Shown: piece by piece, positions 25,510-37,375 of the stretch
Position numbering within the stretch: the stretch's first letter is position 1
Layout: each line of letters opens with the position of its first letter
Assembly: GCA_964016885.1 (NCBI GenBank)
Contig: OZ024746.1
Coordinates: 59,954,001-60,018,000 of the forward strand
From: Eledone cirrhosa
Taxonomy: Eukaryota
DNA: 64,000 nucleotides
Reading direction: 5' to 3'
Program-made: the position numbers and the translations under genes
Notes under the pieces: generated by a model
What the model was told of the DNA's origin: nothing
The model's input: only the letters and a program-made list of their open reading frames with translations
The model's database searches: none

Positions 25510-26676
25510 ATGGATAATTATAAAGCTTGTGAAAAACAATTGTCTTTGGAAACTTTCTTGATTGGGAAATATAAAAAAATGGAAGAAAAACCTCATATAT
25601 GTGATGTTTGTGGAAAAATATTCTCCCATGAAGACCAGTTAACAATTCATGTTCGTATTCACACTGGTGAGAAACCCTACCCCTGTGATATTTGTGGAAA
25701 AGCATTCTCTTGTAACAGTTACTTATCTCATCATAAACGTATTCACAAAGAAAAGATACACCACTGCAAAGTTTGTAGCAAATCATTCTCTCGCAACAGC
25801 GAATTAATCTATCATACACGTGTTCACACCAGAGAGAAGCCATACGAATGTGATATCTGTGGGAAGGCTTTTTCACGTAACAATAAATTATCTGATCATA
25901 AACGCATTCACACTGGAGAGAAGCCTTACCATTGTGAAATTTGTGGGAAAGCATTTTCTCAGAAAAGTGCATTGACAAATCATACTTACAGTCACACAGG
26001 AGAAAAACCATATCAATGTGGGGTCTGTGGTAAAACACTATCTTCAAGTAGTACCTTATCTTGTCATAAACGTCTTCATAAAGAAAAACGGTTCTGTTGT
26101 CAAATTTGTGATAGAAAGTTTTCTCGTAACAGTGAATTAATTTATCACATACGTGTTCACACTGGGGAGAAACCATATGCATGTGAAATTTGCGGTAAAG
26201 CCTTTTTGCGAAACACCAAATTGTCAGTACATAAACGAGTCCACACTGGAGAAAAACCATACTGCTGTGATATTTGTGGAGAAACATTTGCCTGGGATAG
26301 TCAGTTAAAAATCCACAAACACACTCATACTGGAGAGAAACCATACAAATGTCCTACCTGTGGGAAAGGGTTTACTTGTAGCAGTGGATTATCAGACCAC
26401 AAACGTGTTCACTCTGGAGAAAAACCATATACCTGCGAATTCTGTGGGAAGGCATTTCCTCGAAATAGTGCATTAACGGATCATAGACGTATCCACACTG
26501 GTGAAAAGCCATACCACTGTGAAATCTGTGGTAAATCGTTTTCCAGTAGCAGCAGTTTATCAGGTCATAGCCATATTCATTCTGGTAAAAAATCATTCCA
26601 ATGTGATATTTGTGAAAAAGGATTCTCACGAAACAGAAACTTGTTATCACATTACCGAATCCACACAAAAAAATGA
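25510..26676 (+). CDS. C2H2 zinc-finger protein C (13 fingers, 388 aa; alternative start MEEKPH at 25580-region)
   Basis: Intact ORF with 13 fingers. Acceptor tttctttaatttcAG| near 25128. Confidence 0.95.
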   Translation: MDNYKACEKQLSLETFLIGKYKKMEEKPHICDVCGKIFSHEDQLTIHVRIHTGEKPYPCDICGKAFSCNSYLSHHKRIHKEKIHHCKVCSKSFSRNSELIYHTRVHTREKPYECDICGKAFSRNNKLSDHKRIHTGEKPYHCEICGKAFSQKSALTNHTYSHTGEKPYQCGVCGKTLSSSSTLSCHKRLHKEKRFCCQICDRKFSRNSELIYHIRVHTGEKPYACEICGKAFLRNTKLSVHKRVHTGEKPYCCDICGETFAWDSQLKIHKHTHTGEKPYKCPTCGKGFTCSSGLSDHKRVHSGEKPYTCEFCGKAFPRNSALTDHRRIHTGEKPYHCEICGKSFSSSSSLSGHSHIHSGKKSFQCDICEKGFSRNRNLLSHYRIHTKK

Positions 26677-29600
26677 GGACCATTACTACTATAAAACATT
26701 GTGATGTCATTTCTTCTCTCAATACACAGTAATTTATTTTTGACCCAAGAGAAAATGTAAAATGGGAGTGGAGGTTTTCTCAAAATTGTCATTTTTTTGT
26801 TTATATTTTTATATTCTAGGATTAGGTTTCTGAAAATGATGAGGAAATTCAAAAATGCTTCAAGAGAGCCTGTAACACTACAAAATTCTCTTGTTCAGCT
26901 GGGAAGATGCAGCCAAGAACCAGCAAGGCTGGTGCTCTCTTACCACTCAGCATCTTCCTTAGTTGGCCAAGCTTTGCTCTGACCAAGTCACTGCAAGCAG
27001 AGACAGGTACATGGCTCAGCAGCAATAGTAATGACCATCTGGTCTGCAAGCACAGCACATGTACAATATCTACAATTGAGTCTAGCAGTCATTCCAATGG
27101 GCTTTCATAAAGTTTTTGTCTCCCCATTTTCACCCACAAGTCTATGTTAACTCTGTTTCACTCCACAACCTAAGGCTATGGTTAATAAAAGACACTTGCC
27201 CAAGATACCACACAATGAAACTGAACCAGGAACTTCATGATTATGAAGCAAACCTCTTTCACCATTCAATCATGCCTCATCCATTTTAATAAAGTAAGGA
27301 TTTCTGTTGTTATCAAAACACCAGCTGAAACTCTTGAAATATATTTGTATTAAACAGGCTTATCTTTAACTGGCTGTTTATCCATTCTGTGTATTTTGTT
27401 CTTTTATTTACTGGTTTCAGTCATTAGATTGTTGCCATGCTGGGGCATCATATTTGTACACATATCTATTTCAAATATTTCTGAAAATATATTGTCATTT
27501 AAAAGTTATACATTGTTATATATATATATATTTTATAAAGGTGAAATTAAAAGTCGTTTTTGCAGCAAAATGTTTTCTGTATTTTATTTTATTTAAATTT
27601 AAAGATATATTATTCACATAAATATCACCATTTAACATTTATTTTCCATGCTTGGATGGGTTGGATGAATTGCCTTGGTGACCACATATTGCTTGTGCAT
27701 TCCACTTTTGGCTTGATTTCTATGGTTGGATGCCCTTCCTAATGCCAACTACTTTACAGAGTGGACTGGGTGCTTTTTGTATATACTTAAAAATTAATGT
27801 GATGAATTGGTAGTCTTTAGAATGTCAGATAGAATGCTTTGTGATATTCGTTTTAGTTTTCTGTGTCCTGAGTTTGAGGTTGATAAAGTACCAGACAAGT
27901 ACTGGAATCGATTCTTCCTTCACCAGTCTTTCTTTCACTCGAAGGGATGGGCTCTGCTAGGTTTAAATGCCAAAGGTATATGTCACAAAGGTAGCCCTCT
28001 AATTACATCAGAAATTCAGCGCGCATGGGTGGATGACTGGACTTACAAATGATGGGTTTCTATTTTAGGCACAAAGTCACAGATTTTCAAAGAGGGTGTA
28101 GGGCTTTATTTTTCTATTCATCTTGTACTTAAATTTTTGCATTAAAAAAAATAATCATTAACATTAAAATAGATATGTTTATCAAATTGCTTTATTGACT
28201 TTGTCTGGATCTGTACTTCATGAACTAAATCATACTTGTATGTCTTTGACATACAAGGGAGGGGATGTAAAAGACATACCAGTATAAAATGTTAACTAGT
28301 GTATATTTTTTCAATTGCTAAAGAATGAAAGGCAATGTCTACCTTGGCAGGATTTGAACTCAAAATGTAAATACCACAAGGCATTTTTCCAGCATTATTG
28401 ATTCTACCATTTACTGCTGTGATACAACACGCATTTTCAGGCCATTTTTCCTGCTAAAGCAGCGGTTAGTCTTGTAAGACCCCTATTAAATGCTTCTCCA
28501 TATTGCCTGCATCCCTCTGACTTTCATACCCCCCCCCCCCATCTTTAGACATATCATTCTTAGAATTCCCCTTCCCTACTTCCTTTCACATTCATTTCCT
28601 TCATTTCTCTCATCCAGTTATTAAAGGAAGTTAAATTTACTGTTTACACCTGTGGTGGTTTAGTTGGCCTCCGACAAGGTTGTATATTGTAGAGATATCT
28701 TAGGTGTTTTAATGATACCAAGAAAAGTAATGGAATATGAAGAATCTTGCTCAAGAACATAATGCATTGCCTGATTCATCTAGGACTAAACCCCAGCCCT
28801 TATGTTCATGAGTACAACACCCTAGCCTCTTGGCCACATGCTCAGTTATTCGAGACCCGAGAGTATCGGTATTGGTTTCAAATGTAGGCATACGGCTACA
28901 CACCTTAGGGTGTGAGGTGAGGGGACTATCGGTTATATCCATTACTTGGTATTATAACTACTTTAGTTTATCGACCAGCAGATGGATGAAAAGTAAGGCT
29001 GACACTGGTGAAATTTGGACTCAGAACTTAAAAGTCGGTAACTAAATATCGTAAAGCAGGCATTTTGTCCACCACTTTCCACAATTACTGGTACAACACC
29101 GATTTTCCGGTACCATTGGTTCCAAAAGCAAGCCGGATTATCTGTTTTGTCGAACTATACAATAATTTACTAGAAACGTATAACATCGTCAGAAACACTC
29201 TCCAACTATGATAATATGAAGATGCAAATGTTTAAAATTTAATCTAATGACGCGCCGTAACTTCCTAACGTGAATTAACTACTTTGGCGTGACGCGGAAA
29301 ATTCAAATGTCCACCTATAATTATATCCGGATAAAAGGTGCTGGGAGATCGGTGATGTACCAATATCTACATTAAAATGAACACAATAGCCGAATAAACA
29401 ACATCGTAACTTATATATCGACATTGCATAATATTACGCATTACCTATTGGTATTATATATCATTTATTATTTATTGATATTACACAACATTTACGTTGA
29501 GTTTCACATCCCAATATAAACATCGAGAGATGAATGAATCGCATGAAATACAGGCCTAACTAACCGATAAACACATCTGGTTTCACAAAATAAAACGTTA

Positions 29601-30104
29601 ATTCTCTCTCTCATATATATATCATAGATTAAGTTAGAAACTCAAAATAGTCTTTTACAATTAAATAGCTCATATATATATTGTTACTGGTTCCAGTTAT
29701 TGACTCTCTTCGAGAGTTAAGTCGATCATATCGACTCCCAATATTTATTTCATATTGGTACCTATTTGATCGATATTTTTCTATATCGAACCGCCAGTTT
29801 ATTACGAGATAAAGCGATACAACACCGGTCAAGAAATCTGTCATGATAAATCAAATAGAAACATAGTGCATCCTTTTAAAATAATGGTTTTAGACGCAAG
29901 GAAAACAATTTTGGGTGAGGTCCATAACTGGTTCTTTATTTTATCGACCTCGTAAGGATGAAAGGCAAAGTTAACCTCGACGGGATTTGATCTCAGAACG
30001 TAAATGGCCATAACTCAATACCGCTAATCTACTGATTCTGCCAATCCACCGCGAGGAGAGGGTGACAGGCCCAACACCTAGGTCAGAGCGGTGTTTCAGC
30101 TGTG

Positions 30105-30320
30105 CCCCGAGGACAAAATGGCAATGGTATTTCCTCAAACAATGGTCAGTGACACCCGCTGCAACAGCCACCCCACTTCGCGGGGCTCCCGTCGTCTAGA
30201 TTTTACGGAGGAGATCAGCTGTACGGGGTCTGAGGTCTCGACGACAACCGGTGCAAAGAGGAAGAGGCTGGACAAGCCTCAGTATTTGCCTTCCTGTCCT
30301 CTGCATTGCAGGCCATGGTA
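30105..30320 (-). mobile_element. CRE-clade retroposon 3' fragment, different subfamily
   Basis: Minus-strand frames read ACNAEDRK / KY*GLSSLFLFAPVVVETS...EPREVGWLLQRVSLTIV*GNTIAILSSG. Confidence 0.7.
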
Positions 30321-31899
30321 CCGAGGTTTATGGTTGCGTGTACGAATAAACTGAAAATAAAAAGAAAGAAAATATAAAGCCGTAATTGACAAGTTTCTGT
30401 ATGCCTTATTGGATATTTGTCTTTCACTCCTTGACATATACTTCACCTAAGTACTTCTTTGAATCAATGTCTGTTCAACATATATTTCAGTTACTATCTC
30501 TAAATTGTCTTGTATCTCTGGGTCTATCTAATTGTCATTGATTAGTAGTCTATGCTAAATAGCAGATTCTTCACCAGGAAAAGACTTAGTATTCACAACC
30601 TATCTCATTTCCTGGTGAGTATGAAGTCTATCTGGTTTGCATGTTCATCTGAAAAACAGGTGATTAGATAGCTGTCCAGTTCCCTGAAGTTAGTGTTGAA
30701 AATGAAGGTTAGATCATTTACATAAAAGAACATCAAGAGACTTGATTCCTCATTCCTTGTACTACCACATGTATGCCAGAACCCTCATAATGTCCAACAT
30801 GTCTATTAACCCTTTTGATATCAAACCACACCTAGTTCTATGACAAAACTGTGTTTTAGAGTGCTTATTTTTATTTTAAAATTTTCCCTCATAATTTTAT
30901 GTAAAAATCTTAGGTTCTAATCTAAACATTAACTTAATGAAAAAGTTGCTAAATTCCCTTAAATTCTTTATTTCTCAAATATGTTGAAAACTATAGACAA
31001 TATTTTTCAGTAGAAATATGGTAACAAACAGGATAAACTTCCCAGCTGTGATAATTATCAAGGTAGTCAGCAGGAAGAGGACTTCAATGGCCAGTTCTAA
31101 TTGAGGTGAGTATATGCGAGATCACTGGTCAGCAAACAATAATACCTAATAAATATTTATTCAGTTTTAGCATTTGTCACCATAGGTTTATAGTAAAATA
31201 AAAAAACACTTGCCCAAAGTGACACACAGTGGGACAGTCTGAAACCACATGGGAGAAAAGTAAACTTATAAAATATGTAAATATTCATAAGAAACAATGT
31301 TTATTAGGAAATATTATTTATTAAATATATTTGTTGAAGACATTTTGAGAAACACAAGATATTTATTTCAATATTTGACTTTACTATAACCTGATTGCAT
31401 GGTAAACCAACGAAGGAACCACTATGCTGATGCTTAACATGCTAGAAATAGCAGCCAAATCTCCCTTATTACACACAACTCTCTCACAAAAGCCATTATT
31501 ACATTTCCTTTAACTCTTTGAGTGCCAAAATTGTACCAGTGCATTTTAGTTTTGTTTGTGAATGAAAGGTCCAGACAAAGAAAATAAAGAAAATTTGCTC
31601 AAAAAGAGGTTTTTTATACTTTTAATTTTTTGAAAAAATTAAGATCTAATCCCAGCCAAGGAGAATAAAATATAAAATACCAAAAACATCACTGGAACTC
31701 AGTGAGTTAATCTGAAATATATTTATATTCTTTTACAGGTTTCAATCATTAGACTGTAGTCATACTCTGGTATTTATTTTATTTTATTGATCTCGTTTGT
31801 TGAACTGCTCAGTTGCAGGACTGACATGGACACACACATAACAACTGTGCAAACAAAAGCGTTGAGAGTAAACTTAGCAAAAGTCAAAGTGTTGATAAG

Positions 31900-32530
31900 T
31901 TAGAAAGAAGATAGGGTTCTGATCTCATCAGGGAAGTGGCTTTGCACAATATGTAGAAAAGGAGTAGGTATAAACTCAATATGATGTACACAATGTAAAT
32001 CTTGGGTATACGAGGATGGTGCTCCAAGAGTTTAGTAGCTAGAATAAGGACGGGATGGAAGAAGTTTCAAGAGATACTACTTCTTGACAATGAAAGGTTT
32101 CTCTCTACGAATGAAAAGTCAGTCTTATGATGCCTGTGTGCGAAGTGCGATGCTGCATGGTAGTGAAACATGGGCAGTGGATGCAGAGGATAAATGATGA
32201 CTGAAGAGAAACGAAGCAAGCATGCTTGAATGGATAAATTGAGAGAGTAGCCGGAACCAGATATAGTGTGGAAGAGAGAAAACTGTAAGGGTTTGGACAT
32301 GTGATGTGCATGGATGATGATTGGTGGGTGAAGAAGTGCCAAGAAATCCCAGTGGAGAGAAGCCACTGTAGAGGAAGACCTGAGTGGAGGTAGTGAGAGC
32401 TGATTTCAAATCACTGAGCCTCACAGGGGAGATGACAAAGGAACATGACAAGTGGAGAGATGCTGCATTAAAAAAGGCCTGTCCAACCCATGCAAGCATG
32501 GAACAGTGGACACAAAATAATGATGACGAT
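31900..32530 (+). mobile_element. RTE-clade LINE 3' fragment
   Basis: CSKSLVARIRTGWKKFQEI...YDACVRSAMLHGSETWAV...RNEASML. Ends in aacccatgcaagcatggaa plus a (gat)n tail. Confidence 0.8.
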
Positions 32531-32737
32531 ACACAATAGGCTTCTACAGTTTTCCCCTGCCAAATTTCACTCAGAAAACCACAGTAAAAAGATACTTGCT
32601 TAAGGTGTCATGCAGTAAAACTGAACCCAAAACTCCTGAACCACACAGTCATGCCTGCATCTGTGTGTGATATTAATCACTATTCAAATAAAACATCATC
32701 ATCATCGTTTAATGTCTGCTTTCCCTGATAGTATAAT

Positions 32738-33511
32738 TCATTTTCTTTTGTGAATAAGAATGTGTCGCGATAAATTTCCATTTTTAGAAAATGCTTCACC
32801 GCATATTTCACATTGGTAAGGTTTTTCTCCTGTATGTGTACGTATGTGGCTCGATAAATGACTGCTACATCGAAATGCTTTATCACAGATCTCGCATTGG
32901 TATTGTTTTATCCCACTGTGAAGTCTTCTGTGATCTGATAACTTAGTACTGCGTGAGAACACTTTCCCACAGATTTCACACTGGTATGGTTTTTCACCAG
33001 TATGAACATGTTTATGATCTGTCAAGGCACTGTTTTGAGAGAATGCTTTCCCACATGTTTCACACTTATATGGTTTTTCACCTGTGTGAATACGTTTATG
33101 ATATGATAACTTAATACTACGTGAAAACGCCTTCCCACAGATATCACACTCAAATGGTTTCTCTCCAGTGTGAACACGTTTATGATACACTAAATCAGTA
33201 TTACGTGAGAATTTTTTTTCACAAATTTCACAGCTATATAATTTCTCTTTATGAATACGTTTGTGATCTGATAAATAACTATGACAAGAGAATGTCTTAT
33301 CACAAATTTCACAGTTGTAGATTTTTTCTCTCAAGTGAGTATCTCTATGATCTGTAAGTCGTGTCATTCGAGAAAATGCTTTCCCACAAATTTCACAGTG
33401 GTATGGTTTCTCACCAGTGTGAGTGCGAATATGAACTGTTAAATGGCTGTTTCGAGAAAATAATTTCCCACAAACCTCACACCCGTATCGTCTTTCTTGA
33501 GTTTGTAACAT
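32738..33511 (-). CDS. C2H2 zinc-finger protein D (9 fingers, 257 aa)
   Basis: Intact ORF with 9 fingers. ATG at 33511 (the ORF-track start at 33520 is TTG). Acceptor tatattttcAG| with the exon starting at 33805. Confidence 0.93.
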   Translation of the reverse strand: MLQTQERRYGCEVCGKLFSRNSHLTVHIRTHTGEKPYHCEICGKAFSRMTRLTDHRDTHLREKIYNCEICDKTFSCHSYLSDHKRIHKEKLYSCEICEKKFSRNTDLVYHKRVHTGEKPFECDICGKAFSRSIKLSYHKRIHTGEKPYKCETCGKAFSQNSALTDHKHVHTGEKPYQCEICGKVFSRSTKLSDHRRLHSGIKQYQCEICDKAFRCSSHLSSHIRTHTGEKPYQCEICGEAFSKNGNLSRHILIHKRK

Positions 33512-34281
33512 TTTTTTCAATAAATAATAAATAAAGTGTTGTCAAAGAACTTGTTTCAACCAAACAAAGTGCTTGATGTAGATTGATGTAGAAATTGTCC
33601 AAATGGACCAGTCTCCTCACAATTAATTTTTTTTTTTTACACCTCTGGCAGTATACATCAATGTCACCCTCAGAGAACCATGATGTCATTTTAGGCAATA
33701 TTATTGAATGACATCTTCTTGCATAATATTCCTTAGAGAATTCAAGAATATCTTTAAATTCCAGCTAAGACATCTCAGGGTATTTCTGTTTTCAGCATAG
33801 AACTCCTGAAAATATATAAAACACAAAATTTTAGAGTGTGTCTGATGAGATATTGTTTATGCAGAACATGTCACCCATTGCTTTAAGCACTGTCAGTAGA
33901 TTGACAAAATATTTATACAAATCAAATGCAATATATTTATATACTACATCCCACCCTAGAAAATGTACCTCAAACTCTAAGCAGTTCCTGATTAAAAATA
34001 ACGGGGCAAGGCAGATTTTGAATCTTTGATGTTCGAAATAGAATTATAAAAAGTTTAGAAAGGATTAAAAGAAATAAGAATAAGTGTCAAAATTTGAAGA
34101 CCCGTTAACAACATAAGATTAATAAAACAAAAAGTTATGGGGCTGGGGTAAAAATTCACACAAACACGAATAAATGCCCAAATGAGTAGGAGATGAGTAC
34201 AGAGGGAAGGATTATATCTCCACCAATTTGTGTGGGATATATCTGTATTTTTTAAAAATCAATAATTGAAGATAGCAAAAT

Positions 34282-34660
34282 AATTGTTTCTACTTTTGGC
34301 ACAAGACCAGCAATTATCCCAGTGCATTACTAGTGCTTTATTTTATCGACCCCATAAGGATGAAAGGCAATGTTAACCTCAGCAGTATTTTAACTCAGGC
34401 CGTAAAGGGACGTAACTCTATGCTGCAAAGCATGGATTCCGACCTGCCACTCCAACATACATAGCAAAATAATTGTTTCTACTTTTGGCACAAGGCCATA
34501 AATTACCCAGTGCATTACTGGTACTTTATTTTATCGACCCCGTAAGGATGAAAGGTAAAGTTAACCTCGGCGGGATTTGAACTCAGATCATAAAGGGAGG
34601 TAACTCTATGCTACAAAGCATGGTGTCCGACCCTCTACCAATACTGCAAATCCACCGCCT
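34282..34660 (-). mobile_element. Two tandem young SINE copies
   Basis: aattgtttctacttttggcacaag...gatttgaactcag repeated at about 34282 and 34470. Confidence 0.8.
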
Positions 34661-35765
34661 TAAACTATGCATTATCACTTTGTGATAATAATGCATATTG
34701 TTCAATGAAATTTTGCAGAGATACATTTTCGAAGGTGTAGATTACGATTATGTTTATGTTTTTTTTTGTTGGGGGGGGGGGGGGGGGGGGGGGTGCAATA
34801 TAGATGTAGAAATGACATAATGAAGCAACATCTATTTGATGTTTTGCAAAGGACATGAAAAATATTCGGTAAATTTATTGACACCTCCACCGATTTCAGT
34901 GCGAAATAATTTTTTTCTTCGGTTTCTTTTTTCATGTGCTATCCATTAAATTTAATTCCTAACATGACGCAAAGGACTTTTTCCACGGAAAAGGGATGAC
35001 CCTCGGACCCCCCCCCCCCCCCGGCACACACACATATACACCTTTTCTCCCGGCATGAGGGGGGAAGGTGTCCTTTGCAGCATGTTCGGAAGTAAGATTA
35101 GTTGGTAACACACGAAAAAATCGAGAGAGAAAGAAATGGTAAAGAAAACTCGGGTGGGGTGGGGGTAAGTCCGAGGATTTCCCTGAATAAGTCCTTTTTC
35201 ATCATATTATGAGGTAAGTTTAATTGCACACGAAAAAAAATATATATATTTCCTACTGAAATCGGCGGTGGGGGTCTTTCTATAATTGTTTCTACTTTTG
35301 ACACAAGGGCAACAATTATTCCAGTGTATTACTGGTACTTTATTTTATCGACCCCGTAAGGACGAAAGGCAAAGTTAACCTCGGCGGGATTTGAACTAAT
35401 ACCGTATATTCTTTATTTATTTCATTATTATTTATTAGTACAATTAAAAAGTATATAGCTTCATTTTTAATTTTTTCAATTTTTTTTTGTTTAATATGTA
35501 AGGGAAATAACATAACGAATGTCCCTGTAGAAAATGTATGACATTATCTTGATCGAAATTATTCATTATCACCATGAAATTGGGATGCATTATAAACAAA
35601 ATTTCCGTGTCTACTCCAAATAGATTGAAAATATTGAAAAGATTAACGAACAGAAGTACATATAATACAGTAGTGAAAGTATGTTCCTTTCTTCATTTCA
35701 AAGTAATCGTAATAAACTACAGGGTGTGTGTGCAAACAATCGCTGACTTAAGCATTGGGGAAGTT

Positions 35766-35980
35766 TGAAATTTGAAATGGAGTCTTCCTAATGCAGAAAT
35801 GACCATAATGGTAGTTGGAAAATCGGGTAAAATACTCCTGGAGAGGGAAAAAGTACTCCTTTGTTTACTTTTCATCCGTCTATAAGGGTATCTTTACCCG
35901 ATTTTCTCAACTAATATTTATATATTTATAGTGATCGACTATTATTATGGTAATTATTGCGTTGGGAAGACTAAATTTCA
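35766..35980. repeat. Imperfect ~215-bp inverted repeat
   Basis: agtcttcc...gaaaatcgggtaaa pairs with tttacccgattttc...ggaagact. Confidence 0.7.
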
Positions 35981-36159
35981 CACACACACACAGACATATA
36001 TTCAGTAACATAATAGTAATCTACACCTTCGAATAGGCATTATTAAGAAAGTTATGAGGAAGAAAATTCGTTAGTGAAACACTAAACTGCAATTAGACCG
36101 CACAAAGAAGCCGATAAGAACTAATTACGTTAAACATCAAACGAAAAAAGCTACCTTAC

Positions 36160-36351
36160 CTTAACTTATATACACAATAAGCTTCTCTGGCTTATTTTAA
36201 ATTGTTCTTTACTCCTTAAACACCTCGGCAGAGTGAAAGAGGGGGGGGGGGGTCTATGGTCAATTCAATTGTCAAAAAGCTGTAAATATATAGATGTAAG
36301 AGGCTGGGCCATCAACTGGCTGAATTCGGCGTGTTATAGTAGACCGGAAGT
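36160..36351 (-). promoter_or_regulatory. Putative promoter and non-coding exon 1 of ZNF D
   Basis: AAG|GTAAGG donor at 36159. Motif cggcgtgttatagtagaccggaagt at 36327-36351 is 22/25 identical to the gene B motif. Shares ctccttaaacacc with B exon 1. Confidence 0.65.
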
Positions 36352-36850
36352 CCAGATATGGCTAATTGATAAACTAAACAATCTTACAGAAGCGTAAGAA
36401 GTTCACTTCGCAAACACGAAGTACCGGGTTCGATCACAGTGCACGGAATGTTAGGCAAGTGTCTTTTACTTGGATTCGATCCCGCTGCATGGATCTTGGG
36501 CAAGTTAGCAATAGTATTAACACAATGTGGTTCAGAATAAAGGCGTATGAGGGAAACATATATAGTCTCGCTGTATTTTAAAATGTAATCATATATATGT
36601 GTATCTCTACAGAGAGAAGGAGAGACATATACACAAGGACAGAAATTTACTGGGAAAAGGTTAATCAATTAAATCAACCCCAGCACTTTAACTAATACTT
36701 TATTTAAGGCAAAGTAGGACTCGGCAGCATTTGAAAACAGATAGTTTTAGGTAGCACCGGAATAAACACCGCAAGACACTTTGTCCGACGCTCTAACCAT
36801 TCTGCCAATCCACTTGAAATGTAAAGATATCGGTTAGTTTTTGCTTCTCT

Positions 36851-37060
36851 TCTTCCGGTCAATGACAGTTCGTTGTTGTTATGCTGCTGAGTGGACCAAC
36901 CCACTATTGATAATGTTGTTGGTGGTGGTGGTAGTGATGGACATTTTAAGACTGCTGTAGTATCAGTAGACCAGGGACACTTAGGGAGGATGTGTTGCTG
37001 TACAATAACTTACAGTAACTGCTTTGGAGGAGTATATACAGTGAAATGTAGTAGATTGAG
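36851..37060 (+). promoter_or_regulatory. Putative promoter and non-coding exon 1 of ZNF E
   Basis: CTTCCGGTC (reverse of GACCGGAAG) at 36852-36860. GAG|GTAAGGaagcttt donor at 37061 is similar to the D donor GTAAGGtagcttt. Confidence 0.6.
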
Positions 37061-37307
37061 GTAAGGAAGCTTTTGTTTTATTGTAGATGTTGATAAACTA
37101 TCATCATATATATATTCATTTTATTAAGGTAAATAGTGTGTCTTATTACTCTGGAGTTTCGCCTGGTTATCACAGGATCATTACCATCACCATCATCATA
37201 TATATATAAATATATATAGTAATAATAATAGATGTAAAGACTAAAATAGGAAGAGGGCTCGTTAAGGGTGAAAGCAGCGATTCTTTGCTTAAACTTTAAT
37301 CTGTTAC

Positions 37308-37374
<67 letters not shown>

Positions 37375-37375
37375 A

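Noticed and set aside
25490-26344. 284-aa ORF antisense to gene C, and similar antisense or shifted ORFs over B, D and F
   Set aside because: Shadow frames of repetitive C2H2 codons with no independent evidence.
31915-31935. CTGATGA on the minus strand as a possible hammerhead
   Set aside because: It lies in RTE coding sequence and lacks the GAAA box and stems.
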